A stretch of 64,000 nt of DNA from Flaccisagitta enflata. Taxonomy: Eukaryota. The position numbers and the translations under genes are program-made. The stretch spans positions 42,036,001 through 42,100,000 of the forward strand of contig OZ231126.1 in NCBI GenBank assembly GCA_965153355.1, written 5' to 3'. Positions within the stretch are counted from its first letter, which is position 1; each line of letters opens with the position of its first letter. A model generated the notes under the pieces. The model did not search any database and had not been told where the DNA came from. It saw nothing but the letters and a program-made list of their open reading frames with translations. Below, in pieces: positions 1 through 13,662 of this stretch.

Positions 1-228
1 GGTTAGTCAGTGACGCATCTGGCATGACTACTTTATCAATTCCTAAGGCTAAAACTCAGAAGCACGGACACGTGCGCTTTTAGTCACATGCAATAAATTG
101 CCTACGTTAATGTTCTGAGAAACGTGTTCACTTTGCTCCCACTCATATTACTAAGACATTTCCTCTATTCGCTTTCATCCATGCACGACCATGATGGTTT
201 TCCCCCTTCTTCTATCCATTAAATGGCT

Positions 229-545
<317 letters not shown>

Positions 546-1455
546 CTGACGATGAATGAGTGGAATTTCATACAGCTAATTCCAACCAGTAACTAGTCGT
601 TAACGGACAAGCGCGTGTATCTGGTGGACGTGACGAACTGCATGTGGATCTCCGGTTGGGAATCCTTATAAAAAAAAAAAGAATGTTCTCGTTTTAATGA
701 TTATTTCCTCCATGAATGAAACAGTGGATTCTTTTAATGATCTTTGGTTCTACAAGCCCCGGTGTCTGTTGGGGGTGGGGGGGGGGGTCGAGGAGGGACG
801 GAGCTAGGGGAAAAGAGTGAGAGAGCTAAATTACGAGTCGGTCACTCTATTCAATTGGTGTGCCATTGGAAAAGTGCGCCCGACGTCGATGGCATTCATT
901 GGGGAAACATAAAGCCAAGCCATTAAAAGGGAAAATGAGATAACTGAACGGAGGATTAAGAGGTGAGGGTAGAGAGGTGAGGGTGGAAGAGGTGAGAGTG
1001 GATGAGAGAGACGCAAGGGCAAACTATTGATTATTTTTCACTCCATCTGTCGCATGATGTTTGCCATATTGTGGTTGTCCTCTTGCGTTTGCCTTATGGC
1101 GTTTTCTTTTCTTTTTTTATCGTGTTGGTACGTTTTCAATCATGTAGGTACATGAGTGAACATGATGCGTTTGTGTTTGCCTCCCCAATCAAAATCTTTC
1201 CACATACTGCCTTACCATTTATTGCTTTCATGCCTGCAGTCTCGTTATTTGGAGAATGTCAATCGATTATCTTTTTCCATTTACCATCTTTACCAATAAA
1301 GGCGGCTCTCGCCGACCGGAAAAAAGTCGTAAATGGGAGTTTTTTTTTCAATGCGTGTTCTTCTGTGTGCATCTTAGGATATCTGGTTGACTGCCTGCTT
1401 GTTTTTTTTTTATTCAATCTGTCTCTCTGTGTCTCTTTTTTGGTCTTCCTTTGTC

Positions 1456-1513
<58 letters not shown>

Positions 1514-1659
1514 CATGTGTGTGTATGTGTGTGTGTATGTGTGTGTGTATGTGTGTGTGAGTTAAGCAGCTTCGATATGTTTCGACTTTTGTTTCGATTC
1601 GGTTTTTGGGCAGGATTTTTCGAGTTGGGTCGAAATGGTCATTTTTTCGAAGAGAGGAC

Positions 1660-1773
<114 letters not shown>

Positions 1774-2030
1774 GAGAGATGAGGAAGAGGATAAGGGAGA
1801 GAAAAAAGATAGGGAAATCGCTCGGCACCATTGTGTACCATTGATAATGGCATCATTGCCGCTCATTGTCTAATTTCGTATCGACTTCTTGTTTCGATCA
1901 GGCAAAAAAAGGCATCACCATTTCGTCCACCGGATGGACGAAAAAATAGATAATATCGATCGAATTCGACCGCCCCTTCAAAAACCCTTTTCGAAGCTGC
2001 TTAGTGTAAGTGCGTGCGTGTGTATGTATG

Positions 2031-2117
<87 letters not shown>

Positions 2118-3212
2118 GTAGCTTTTTCTTTCTCTTTCCCTTTATATTCTCTTTCTCTCTCTCTCTCTCTGTCTCTTTTTCTCTCTCTCTAGCAGAGTAT
2201 AATGCAAAAGCTAGCGTCATAAAAGTTGGGGCCAATTTGTGTAACATCTTGACAATTCTCTCTAATTACATAGGACTGAAAAATGGGATCAATGAAAAAT
2301 ATGGATTTTTGAAAAAATGCGGAAAAATATTAAAAGATTCAAAAATTCATAGCGCCAAAATTAATGATCGTAGAGACTTCTGGTTGGCGCCATTTGAAAG
2401 AGAAAAATAAGTTCTTTCTTGGCTATGAATATAAAAAAATGTATCATCCCAGCCCCAAAATGACCCAACTTCCTAAAATTGCCGCAAACCGAAAATGGAA
2501 AACTTAATTTCTCCCCAACGTTTCAAAAAGTCGAATTACGTAATTCGACTTTTTTCCAATCATTTACTTGGTTCTCACTCTATGCCTTCCTTACCTTCAC
2601 TAATGAATTACAAATTATTTCCCAGCTTAATCCCGTCCATTTCATGTTTCCAACTATCAACCGTAAATTGAATTTCTTCTCGTGTGCTGGCTGTCTATTC
2701 GCTAAAAGTCATTCCCTTCACAAAGTTACCAACATCCTACTAACTTTCTTTCCCAATGACCGTATTTCTGCCATTGCCTGCATTTCAGTTTTAACACTCC
2801 GCCTCCCTTACAACTTACCTTTTTTTCTGCTTATCCCGTTCTCTTTCCCTTCTCCTTTCCTTTTCTTCCCTTCCCGTTCACCGGCTCCCTTTTGGAATAC
2901 GAGGAGAATGAAAAGCAGAAGGGATATGAGTACCGCATGAACTCGGTTTGCTCGATCGCTCATAAATTCCTCCAATTTATTTACCTCTTTTTTTCTTTTT
3001 TTTTCCTACTTTCCTTCCCAACATCCTCCCACTTTTAGTTCCTTTTCATTTCACATTCTCATTGGATATTAATCAAATCCCGTCATGTTCGTTATCCTCT
3101 TTTTTTTCCTCTTTTGATTTGTATTTATATTGGATTTTTTCCCGATTGTGGGGAATGTTAAATGCTATAGTTGGAGAATGAAATAAGAAAATGCTAGGCT
3201 TTTTTCCCCTCG

Positions 3213-3372
3213 TTTTTAGTTGCGGACACGGAACTCTATAAGAGGCTTTGTCCGTCGGTCCGTCCGTCCGTCCGTCCGTCCGTCCGTAATGATCGAGTCG
3301 AAAAGTAGGAAAACGCGCATTTCCGCCCCTGCCCACCTGTCCGCAACTGGTGGCCGTGTATCCGGCCTTGTT
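3213..3372 (+). mobile_element. HINE/DINE-1-like non-autonomous Helentron element, short family A
   Basis: 5' TTTTAGTTGCGGACA, (GTCC)n, subterminal CGCAACT inverted repeat, 3' GGCC..GGCC hairpin then TTGTT; T-rich flanks, no obvious TSD. Confidence 0.75.
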
Positions 3373-3788
3373 TCTCTTTCTTCTTTTTATTTTTGTTTTA
3401 TCTTTTTTCAACGAATTAGATAGTAATTACAACCATAGAAAATAGCACCACTAGGCCACTTCACTATGTTCCCAAAGAGCGTCACCTCAGGACAAAACAA
3501 AATTACGCAGGCACTTTTGACCTAAATAAACGGCTGAGACTGGTACAGTTGCCAACCCTGAGCAACAAAGTAAATGATTTTACCTGCGTCCTAGCTAATC
3601 CAAAGCCTCATTTTGCCCCTTGAAGTTAACTACTTCACTCAAATCAAAATGCGACAAAAAAATGTTTTTTCCATTTCATATGATACTATTCTAGACATGA
3701 AAAATGGTACTTATGATATGAGGGAGGATACCAAATCTTTCGTGTAAAATCTGGTTAGCCTGCTCCCAAATTTTGTAGGACTTAATAA

Positions 3789-3955
3789 AACAAGGCCGGA
3801 TACACGGCCACCAGTTGCGGACGGGTGGGCAGGGGCGGAAATGCGCGTATTCCCACTTTTCAACTCGAGCGTGACGGACCGACCAACGGACCAACGGACG
3901 GACGGTGGGACGGACGGACAAAGCCTCTTATAGAGTTGCGTGTCCGCAACTAAAA
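3789..3955 (-). mobile_element. HINE-like family A copy
   Basis: Reverse-complement copy of the 3213-3372 structure. Confidence 0.75.
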
Positions 3956-4223
3956 AACTGGCAAATTTCCAATGTGAGATGACAAAAAAATCTTTTCATT
4001 CGGAGCCTCCGAAATGTTAAACCTATTGACTTCAAGAGCCAAAAAATGAACCTAGATGAATCAGGACTCAGGCAAAACCCTATATAAATGTGATCTACAC
4101 ATACTTAAGAACATTTTTATACCATAGCTGCCATCTCTAGGCACCTGCTTATATTTTTGTCCTGTTATGATATGCTCTCCGATCTACGTGCACTTTCTTT
4201 TTTAGTCAACATATTCTACCCTG

Positions 4224-4262
<39 letters not shown>

Positions 4263-5251
4263 TGCAATGAACCAAAAGAGTACTTCATTCTTAGGGTGAA
4301 TAGATACAAATACATGAACATTCGTCCGTCCGTCAGTTCTTCAGTTCATCTTCGTGCCACATGACGAGAATGATTAATGATATAGGCAAAAACTGCGGGG
4401 AAATAATCTTTGAATGAAAAAGAACTTGGGCTGGCGGCTGGGAGTGGGAATACCCACATACGATCGCTCTTTCATGACATCTACTTAATACTTTTTTTTG
4501 CGCTCGTGCGACTGTAGCCGATGTGCCATTGGAATTTTTAGTCGCGTGCACGCGACTCTACAACCCACTCTGTCCGTCGGTTGGTCCGTCGGCCCGAAAA
4601 GATAATGGACCCAAACGACAAATCACCAGTCTACCAGCAAGTCTCTCTCGTCCATGAGTAACTTCATTCTTCTTCCTTCCTTCCTTCCTTCCTTCCTTCC
4701 TTCCTTCCTTCCTTCCTTCCGTCCTTCCTTCCTTCCTTCCTTCCTTCCTTCCTTCCTTCCTTCCTTCCTTCCTTCCTTCCGTCCTTCCTTTTTATCTTGA
4801 ATCATTTCTATCCCAAGTCCCACTCTGTTTCATTGGACAACGTGTCGTAAAATCGCGACGTAACTCAGCGTTTACGATTTTGCCATGATGAGAATTCTCC
4901 TGAGTGTCTCCTTACTTTTTAGTGGTCCCTTCACTTAACTCCCAGTGTGACAATGAGTTCCTTCTTTTATTTCCTTTCTCCGCTTATGTCGTTGGTGGCC
5001 TAAATAGGTTTATTGACCCAGGTAACCTCCCGGCCCTGATCTCTTTTGAGACAATTTGGAGTAATGGAGTATATATTTTGAGTATATATTTGGAGTATAT
5101 ATTAACTAGTCAGTGAGGGTTCACAAGGCCCTCTTCCATTTATTTCAGTTTGGGTATAGTGAGGGATATTGTTCCACTTTTCATAGACATCTCACATGGA
5201 GAATATAAACAAAAAATTGCATGGGGATAAGATGAGGATATAATGACTCAC

Positions 5252-5624
5252 CTCTCCCATCTTTACACGTGGGATGATGTAACGAAGATGACGGAGACGC
5301 CGGTGGTAGAGGCACGTCGGTCGAAATTCGTACTACTAGAGGCTCCGAGGTCGGCGAAGGCAACCGCGTTTCTGCCAAAGGCGACCCCGAGGATAAAAAA
5401 GGCATTTTCGGGGTCAGCGAGGATAACTTGGCCGGCGTGGAAAAAGAAGAAGTCGGAAGTGACGTCGTCTTTTTCCCCGAAATCGGTGTCGACGAGCGGC
5501 GTCTTCGGTGTGCAGCCACCAGATCGGGAATGCCCACCACCGCCGTCGATGCAGCCGCCGCCGCCGCCGCCGCAGCTGCCGCCGCCGCCGATGTAGCCGT
5601 TACAGAAGCGTCAGCACGAGAATC
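5252..5624 (-). CDS. Candidate internal exon of an unidentified gene (poly-Ala, Ser/Pro/Thr-rich)
   Basis: Strong acceptor TTTCCTCAG| and donor GAG|GTGAGT; only frame 0 is open; GC-rich; ends phase 1. Confidence 0.6.
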
Positions 5625-5694
5625 CTGAGGAAAGAATCGAGGATGAAATTTCAACAATGACGACAACAACGACAAAGACAACAACAACAAAACC

Positions 5695-5828
<134 letters not shown>

Positions 5829-5872
5829 CGACGACGACGACGACGACGACGACCACAACAACAACGACAACG

Positions 5873-5960
<88 letters not shown>

Positions 5961-5991
5961 GAAAATCGAACAACATTGACACGAGAGCGTA

Positions 5992-6496
5992 CAGTAGATT
6001 TCGTCTATACTTGGAAATACGGGGGCACTCATATCCTAGATACTATATGTGCAAATAAAATCAAACTGTGTGTGCTTATGTCCTATAAGGTTGACGATGG
6101 GGTATGGCAGCTCTGTGGAGAGAAAATTCTCTTGAATATACTAAATCAAATTCGCTTAGCTCTAATAACTGGTGGAGTTGGTGTAGTAGTTAACTCACTT
6201 GATTTGACTTCACTTGGTCTATCGGAAACAGTTTATTTAAAAGTTCTAGGTTCAAATCCCCAGCTGGTTTTGCAATTTCAGCAAAAAGATAAAGCTGAAA
6301 TTCTGCAAAAAAAATGAGTGATCCTATAATTTTATATCAAAAGTTTTTTCCTTAGGTAAACTGTAGGGGGATACTATACCCCATTGTCAACCCCTTAGGG
6401 TTTATACATTACGCCTGCAAAAAATAAGTCTCCCTACTGTACTGATACTCAGGTTATGAGCTCCCCCGTATTTCCAAGTCTAGACGACATCTACTG
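5992..6496. mobile_element. Tc1/mariner-type MITE with internal tRNA-like segment
   Basis: ~45 bp imperfect TIRs (CAGTAGAT...ATCTACTG), TA on both flanks. Confidence 0.75.
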
Positions 6497-7243
6497 TACC
6501 ACCAGATGGGTCACAAGCATGCCTGTTCATAAATTGACCACGGCTAACACTAGAAGAAACAGAGTCAATACGCGACACGATTTGATACGATATGTCATAC
6601 GCACGCCATTACCCGTCGCCCATCACCCGTCGCCCATCACCCGTCGCCCACTGCCAATTGCCCTTTATGGATCTGTCTGCTCTCAGCGCGACACGCGAGT
6701 GTTGGACCGAATTGTTCTTCTATAACATCTTCTATCTAATGAATATTATTCTATACATACTTTTTTTTAACGAATGGTCTCTTTTGTTTCTTAGAATTAA
6801 TCTTGGCCCGCATGGATCGATAACCGACCACACCCACAAATCGTATATCTTATTCCTAGTCTGGGTGGGTTGGACGATCCTTCCCGATGATCCGGTTGAT
6901 CGTTCTGTCGGTCCTTTCCTTATGATTGCACTAGACTCAGTTGCTATTGATAAGTTATTATAAATAAAAGTTGGACAACATCACTACTCAATGTTTCGAT
7001 CCTGCACAAAGGCTTGAAATTAGCTCCTGTCTGTCCTTTCCCAATACCCATCCACACGCGACAACAGGTGTTGACTGGTTTCCATACTATCTTGAAAGAG
7101 AAGCAAGAGAGTAAGAATGAGTGAGTGACCAAAGATTGGCATATATATGGAGTGCGAGGATGCATCTAAAAACGGCGTCGCTAAAGAAAATTGGATTGGA
7201 ACAGATTTTCTCGCGTGATATTCGCATTAAAGGTCGTAATTAT

Positions 7244-7422
7244 AACAAGGCCGGATACACGGCCACCTGTTGCGGACGGGTGGGCAGGGGCGGATATGCG
7301 CGTTTTCCCACTTTTCGACCCAATCACCCCTATGGACCAACCGACCAACCGACCGACCAACCGACCGACCGACTGACGGACGGACAAAACCTCTTATAGG
7401 GTTGCGTGTCCGCAACTAAAAA
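7244..7422 (-). mobile_element. HINE-like family A copy
   Basis: AACAAGGCCGGATACACGGCC...GTCCGCAACTAAAA. Confidence 0.75.
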
Positions 7423-7831
7423 GACTGTATCAAAGGTCTTTTTTGATCCTCCCCAATTTGGTCGTGCCATCGAGATCTCGTCCAAGTTTGTGACCTAAGA
7501 AACAAGCCCGATCGGGCAATGATACGTCCTGACCGTGGCACATATCTCGCATTGAAGATGTGTCAAATGTAGAGGGACAGATGAGCGGACAAACAAATTT
7601 GAATGAAGTCATCAAATGAGCCTCTCAGATGGACGGACAGACAAACCCTATTTTCCGATGCGAGGAGGCATCAAAAAAGACTAAAAGAGTAAGACAGAAA
7701 AAAAATACAAGACACATCATATGCTAGCTGGAGTAACAATCAAAGATTGCATGTTGCTGTTGCATTTGCATATATTTGGATATGAATAGAATAGGGGAAA
7801 AAAGAAGAAAAACAGCAAAAAGAGAATGAAA

Positions 7832-7995
7832 AACAAGGCCGGATACACGGTCAATACCAGTCGCGGACTGGTGGGCAGGGGCGGAAATGCGCGTTTTCGA
7901 ACTTTCACTACTCGATCACCCCTACGGACCGACGGACCGACGTAACGACCGACGGACAAAACCTCTTATAGAGTCGCAAGTCCGCGACTAAAAAA
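7832..7995 (-). mobile_element. HINE-like family A copy
   Basis: Same termini and GGAC repeats. Confidence 0.75.
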
Positions 7996-8503
7996 GGAAT
8001 GAATGAATGAATGAATGAATGAATGAATGAATGAATGAATGAATGAATGAATAAATGAGGATGTATCCAGTTCTGTCTTTCCGCCAAACTGCCATTCCTC
8101 CATCCAATTAACACGCAACCAGAGAAAAAGGAGGGAGGTGAAGCTATTTGAACTCTATGGCCCAACCATCCCCTCCCTCCTCCACACAGAAGTTCATTTA
8201 CTATTAAGAGCGATTTCCGGGGTTTTTCACTGAGTCAGCGAATCCAGTGTATTTTCAATTTGCTCTTGAAGGCGGGGGAGTCGAATATGTTCATATTGTT
8301 GGAAACATTGCCATTCAAAATCGTTATTGAAGCCGATACAGCGGAAACACAGATTTCCACATTTCATTTTCACATTTCTTGAAATTTACTCAGTGCCGCT
8401 TGGCTGAAAATGAGCCGCGAATTAGATTCCGAATTGACGCTTGAATATCATATAATTCGGAGCCAGACTAATTTCATCACTCCATTATTTGATTTTGAGA
8501 GGA

Positions 8504-8756
<253 letters not shown>

Positions 8757-9420
8757 AAGACGCTTTTGAGTTTTATCCGTGTGCACGTGTCAAGAAAACG
8801 CGTTTCTTTGTTCTGGCTTGAAATCACGCAGTGAGTCTATTAAGAGTCCTGAAAAGATTGTCCTTTGTCGTCTTCAGCCTATTATCACCTCCCATTTCCA
8901 CCAACTGGGAGATCGAAATGGAGCAAAGAATCAAAGATTTATCACTTTACCGCCTAAATCTCAGACTGGGGACTTGGTTAGTGTCTCCACGGAATCGCAT
9001 CGAACAAGGTAGGATACACGGCTACGCATATCGCGTGCGGATGGGCAAAGGCAGTGATAAACCAGTCATCAAAGGATTGTCCTGTACCCGTTGCCCTTTA
9101 GTTTCACAATTGTCAAGGATAAAAACTATATCGTATATGCTTCATAACTCAATTCCTAAACTCTTATTGAAACGATTTAATGACAAGGCTATTTCAGACA
9201 TTTCGAAATACATATTAATTGTACTGTAGACCGGGGCTGTGACAATTGCATTAAGGGTAAGTTTGAAAACCCTGCCAAAAAAGGTCAACCAAGCATTTGG
9301 GGCAGGGGTAGTGATGCAAAAAAGTTAATAAACGCCGATAAAGCAAAGTGTTTTTGGGCGGAAAAATCCACAGACGAACAGACCAAAAGACCGCGGGTCA
9401 TACAGTCCCGTGCACGCGCA

Positions 9421-9514
<94 letters not shown>

Positions 9515-9730
9515 CGAGTGTCTGTCTGTCTGTCTGTCTGTCTCTCAGTGGAAACAAGGAAATACGGAAGCTCTGTTTGAGATTGGAGCTGTGGAAGCTC
9601 ATTCAGCTTTTGGCTTTGGTTATGCGTTGCCTATTTCTTTGTGCGTAAGAGAATTGGGTGAATCTTCTCAGCAAGGATCATCATCAGTCTCTGAAGATGA
9701 CTTCCTCCCTCTACAAATAGATTGGGAAAC

Positions 9731-9847
<117 letters not shown>

Positions 9848-11363
9848 GAGAGACAGAGAGAGACAGAGACACAGACAAAGTGAAAGAGAGGGGGAAAACG
9901 ACGGTCAGACAGAAACAAAGCGCAGAGAAACGAAGAGATGGACAGGACAACGAAAACGAGAGAATGCGGCGGGGGTCAAGGACAAGGTATTACTAAGCAT
10001 GTACTCTACTGGATGAAATAATCCAACATCTAGGTGAGTTCTCAAAATAGTGCAAACCAGGCCACTTGATTTCTCTGTGCTGCCGAGAAGCAAATGTTTT
10101 CCCCTGAACACTGCCGACTTGACTTGAGGGTGGAGATCGGGGGTAAAGCACCCTCCCTCTTCAGGATCGCTTTTTATAGTCATGCGTAATGTTGGTATCT
10201 TAAGATAGGCCGTCAGAATTCTTATCAATTCAACCCTGCAGAATTTTCAAATTTACCTGTTTTTTTTTTTTTGTTTTTTTTTTTGTGTGTGTGTGTGTGT
10301 ATTTTTTTCTCTGCGTTTTTATTATTTTCATTGCAAAGGGATGTCTAAACAGCGAGAAACCAAACTTTTTATAACTTCGAGATCGTTAAGATGTTTGATC
10401 AAATGTGAAGGCTTGAAGAACATATCGCCTTCCCCAGCTCTATCAATGTGAGTCGCACTTCGGCCCAGCGGGTAGAGCGCCGTCACCTGGCCGACTGCTG
10501 GCCGACTGCTGGGCGCTGGCGCTTGCACCAGGTTCTTGTCCTCATTAGGATGACAGTTATTCCACGCCAGGGTTAATTCCACCACAGAGAGGTTTTTCTC
10601 AAAATATATGTCATCACTGTAAATCTTTTTTTTGTGCGAGGCTGCGTGAAACACATGAAGATATTAACAACTTTTACATCAGTATGAGGTTTTCTATTTT
10701 ACATTCAAAATATAAGGGATTAAGTTAAAATTATATCTTTAAGTCAAATTGACTGTTATCATTATCAAAGAAATTACTATGGAGCAATCATTATAGAACT
10801 GCAATATGCAAATGATATTATTGCTGACTTCAATTGCTATTTTTTCTCCGTCATTTTTTTCATCCCTCATTTCTTTGCTTCTTCTTCTTCTTCTCCTTTT
10901 CCCTTTCCTTCTTCTTCTTCTTCTTCTTCTTCTTCTTCTTCTTCTTCTTCTTCTTCTTCTTCTTCTTCTTCTTCTTCTTCCAGGACCTGCCGATACGTTC
11001 CTTCCCCTGCCGAGCAGCGGCGTTACCCGCTGCCCCAGAATCAAGAGGCGTGGTGCAAACCTTACTTTCTTTCACCATGGCCATGGCAACTCCCGGTGAA
11101 CTCTTATTCATTCAATTTCGAATCCTAAGTGAGAATTTTTCCTTTAATTCGCTTAGTCGCACTTTGCCTAAAAAGACAATTTCTTTTCCTGCAAATTGGA
11201 ACCATTCTGAATGTCGACTATTAAGTGCTTACCCTAAGTAAAGTAAGTTGGCTCGCAGTTGGCTCAAAGTTCACCTCAACCCATTTTCATCTGTGGAACT
11301 GCTGAAACCTGAAACGTGAAAGTTCCAGTGTGAGTCAAGAAACCCGAATTCTTATTTTGTTGT

Positions 11364-11403
<40 letters not shown>

Positions 11404-11593
11404 ATTGTTGTTGTTGTTGTCGTCGTCCTCTTTTTTTCGTTTCTCTTCGCCCTATACAGTTCGTGTTCCCGTTGTTGATGTTGATGTTGATGTTGTAATT
11501 GTTTGTGTTTTTGATGTTGTTGTCGCTTTTGTCTTCGTCTTGTGTTTGCTTTCCGTTTCTCTTGATGTTGTTGATGCTGTTGTTGTTATTGTT

Positions 11594-11629
<36 letters not shown>

Positions 11630-11785
11630 TTTCTTTTATTTTCCGTTTCTCTTCGCCCTATTCAGTTCCTGTTCCCATTGTTTTTGTTGATGTTGATGTT
11701 TATTGTTTTTGTTTTTGTTTTGTTTTTGTTTTTGTCGTCGTCATGTGTTTGCTTTCCGTTTCTCTTCGCCCATTTTACCGCCTTT

Positions 11786-13293
11786 TAGTCCCGTCTCTTA
11801 AAGGAATAAAAGAAAAGAACTCGGCGTTTTTGGGGCAAAGCGTGAAAATTTGCATACAGGGTCAGTTTTTTGTACTGAACAAGACTAGATGGGGTACACG
11901 TCTGATTTTTTAGTGTACCCCATTCAAAAACGCGTTTTTTCTTCAAAAAAACACTTTGAAGAGGCGCTGACGCCAAACGCATCGACAGATGACTATAAAA
12001 TTTTAGGTGAAGAAAAATATGCCTTTTTTCTACTTGCATGCAAAATTTCAGCAAAATCGGTTCAGTAGAAGCGAAGATATTGCCGTTTAAAGTCTAGGCC
12101 TATTCTCAAAAAAAGGGCTATGTTTCAATTTTGGGGTAAAATTGTGTTTTTTTGAGCTGGAAGTCTGAAATTGGTTTCACTCATTTATTTTACCCTCATT
12201 TACCCTAAAAACAAAAAAAATTGAAAAAAATCCATGTTTTTTTCATTTTTTGGGCCAAAAAAACAAAAAATCAACCTTCAAAATTTAGGCCTGATTTTTA
12301 GAAAGGGTTAGTGCAAGGAAAATATGAAAATCATTGACGCCCACTAAGGGAATCTATTGTCATAATGTGTACCAACTTATTCCCAAACTTTCAGGAGGGT
12401 AGATTAACCCAAAAGGACAAAATTTAATTTCAAAGAATTAAGAAAAAACAACCCAAAATTTTGCATTTTTAGACCCCCAGGGACATTTGGTAACGCTACG
12501 GCCAAACGCTTCAACCGATTTGCCTAAAATTTTGCATGCAAGTCCCAATATGTTAGGGGCATATCTGAGCCAAATTTCAGCTTACTAATCAAACATTTAA
12601 TTTTTCCATATATCAAAAAGGGTAAAAAAATGCTGAATTTTGGTATTTTCGCTGTAGACTTTGAAATGATTTTTTGTCTTTTTGGGTTAATGTACCCCTC
12701 TGAAAGTTTGGGAATGAGTTGGTACACTTTATGACATTAGATTCCCCGAGTGGGCACCAATGATTTTAATATTTTCCTTGCACTAGCCCTTTTCGAAAAT
12801 CAGGCCAAAATTTTGAGACCCAATTTTGTGTTTTTTTTGCCATAAAATGTAAAAAACATGGGATTTCTTCAAATTTTTTTGTTTTTAGAGTAAATCAGGG
12901 TGATATACGCAAGTGAAATCAATTTCAGACTTTCAGCTAAAAAAACACAATTTTACCCCAAAATTGAAACATAGCCTTTTTTTTGAAAATAGGCCTAAAC
13001 TTTAAATGGCAATATCTTCGCTTCTACTGAACCGATTTTGTTGAAATTTTGCATGCAAGTAGAAAAAAAGTATATTCTTCACCTAAAATTTTATAGTCAT
13101 CCGCCAATTGGTTTGGCGTCAGCGCCATTTCAAAGTGTTTTTTGGGCAAAAAAACGCGTTTTTGAAAGGGGTACACTAAAAAATCAGACGTGTACCCCTT
13201 CTAGTCTTGTTCAGCACAAAAAAATGACCCCGTATGCAAATTTTCACCCTTTGCCCCAAAAACGCCGAGTCCTTTTCCTTAAATCCTAGACTA
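11786..13293. mobile_element. Large foldback/palindromic non-autonomous DNA transposon
   Basis: Roughly 650 bp arms in inverted orientation (mirror ORFs 11785..12054 minus and 13038..13289 plus); TAGTC...GACTA ends. Confidence 0.8.
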
Positions 13294-13662
13294 CTTTCTA
13301 TTTAAAGCCGCGTTTCAATTTGCTTTATTTGCTTTCTTCCGCCTTCAACCCAGTTTCGGTCAGAAGTTCATGTTCTTCTTCTTTTTTAGTCGCGTGCACG
13401 CGACTCTACACCTTGCCGTGTCGGTCGGTAGGTTGGTAGGTCGGTCCGTCCGTCGGTCAGTCCGTCCGTCCGTCACATTTTTAAATTTTTGACATTTTTT
13501 GATGTTTTTTAACATTTTTTAACACTTTTTAACATTTTTCAGCCTTTTTTAACAATCTTTAACATTTTTTAACACTTTCTGACTTTTTTGACTTTTTAAT
13601 ATTTTTTAACATTTTTTAACATTTTTTAACATTTTTTAACATTTTTTAACATTTTTAAACAT

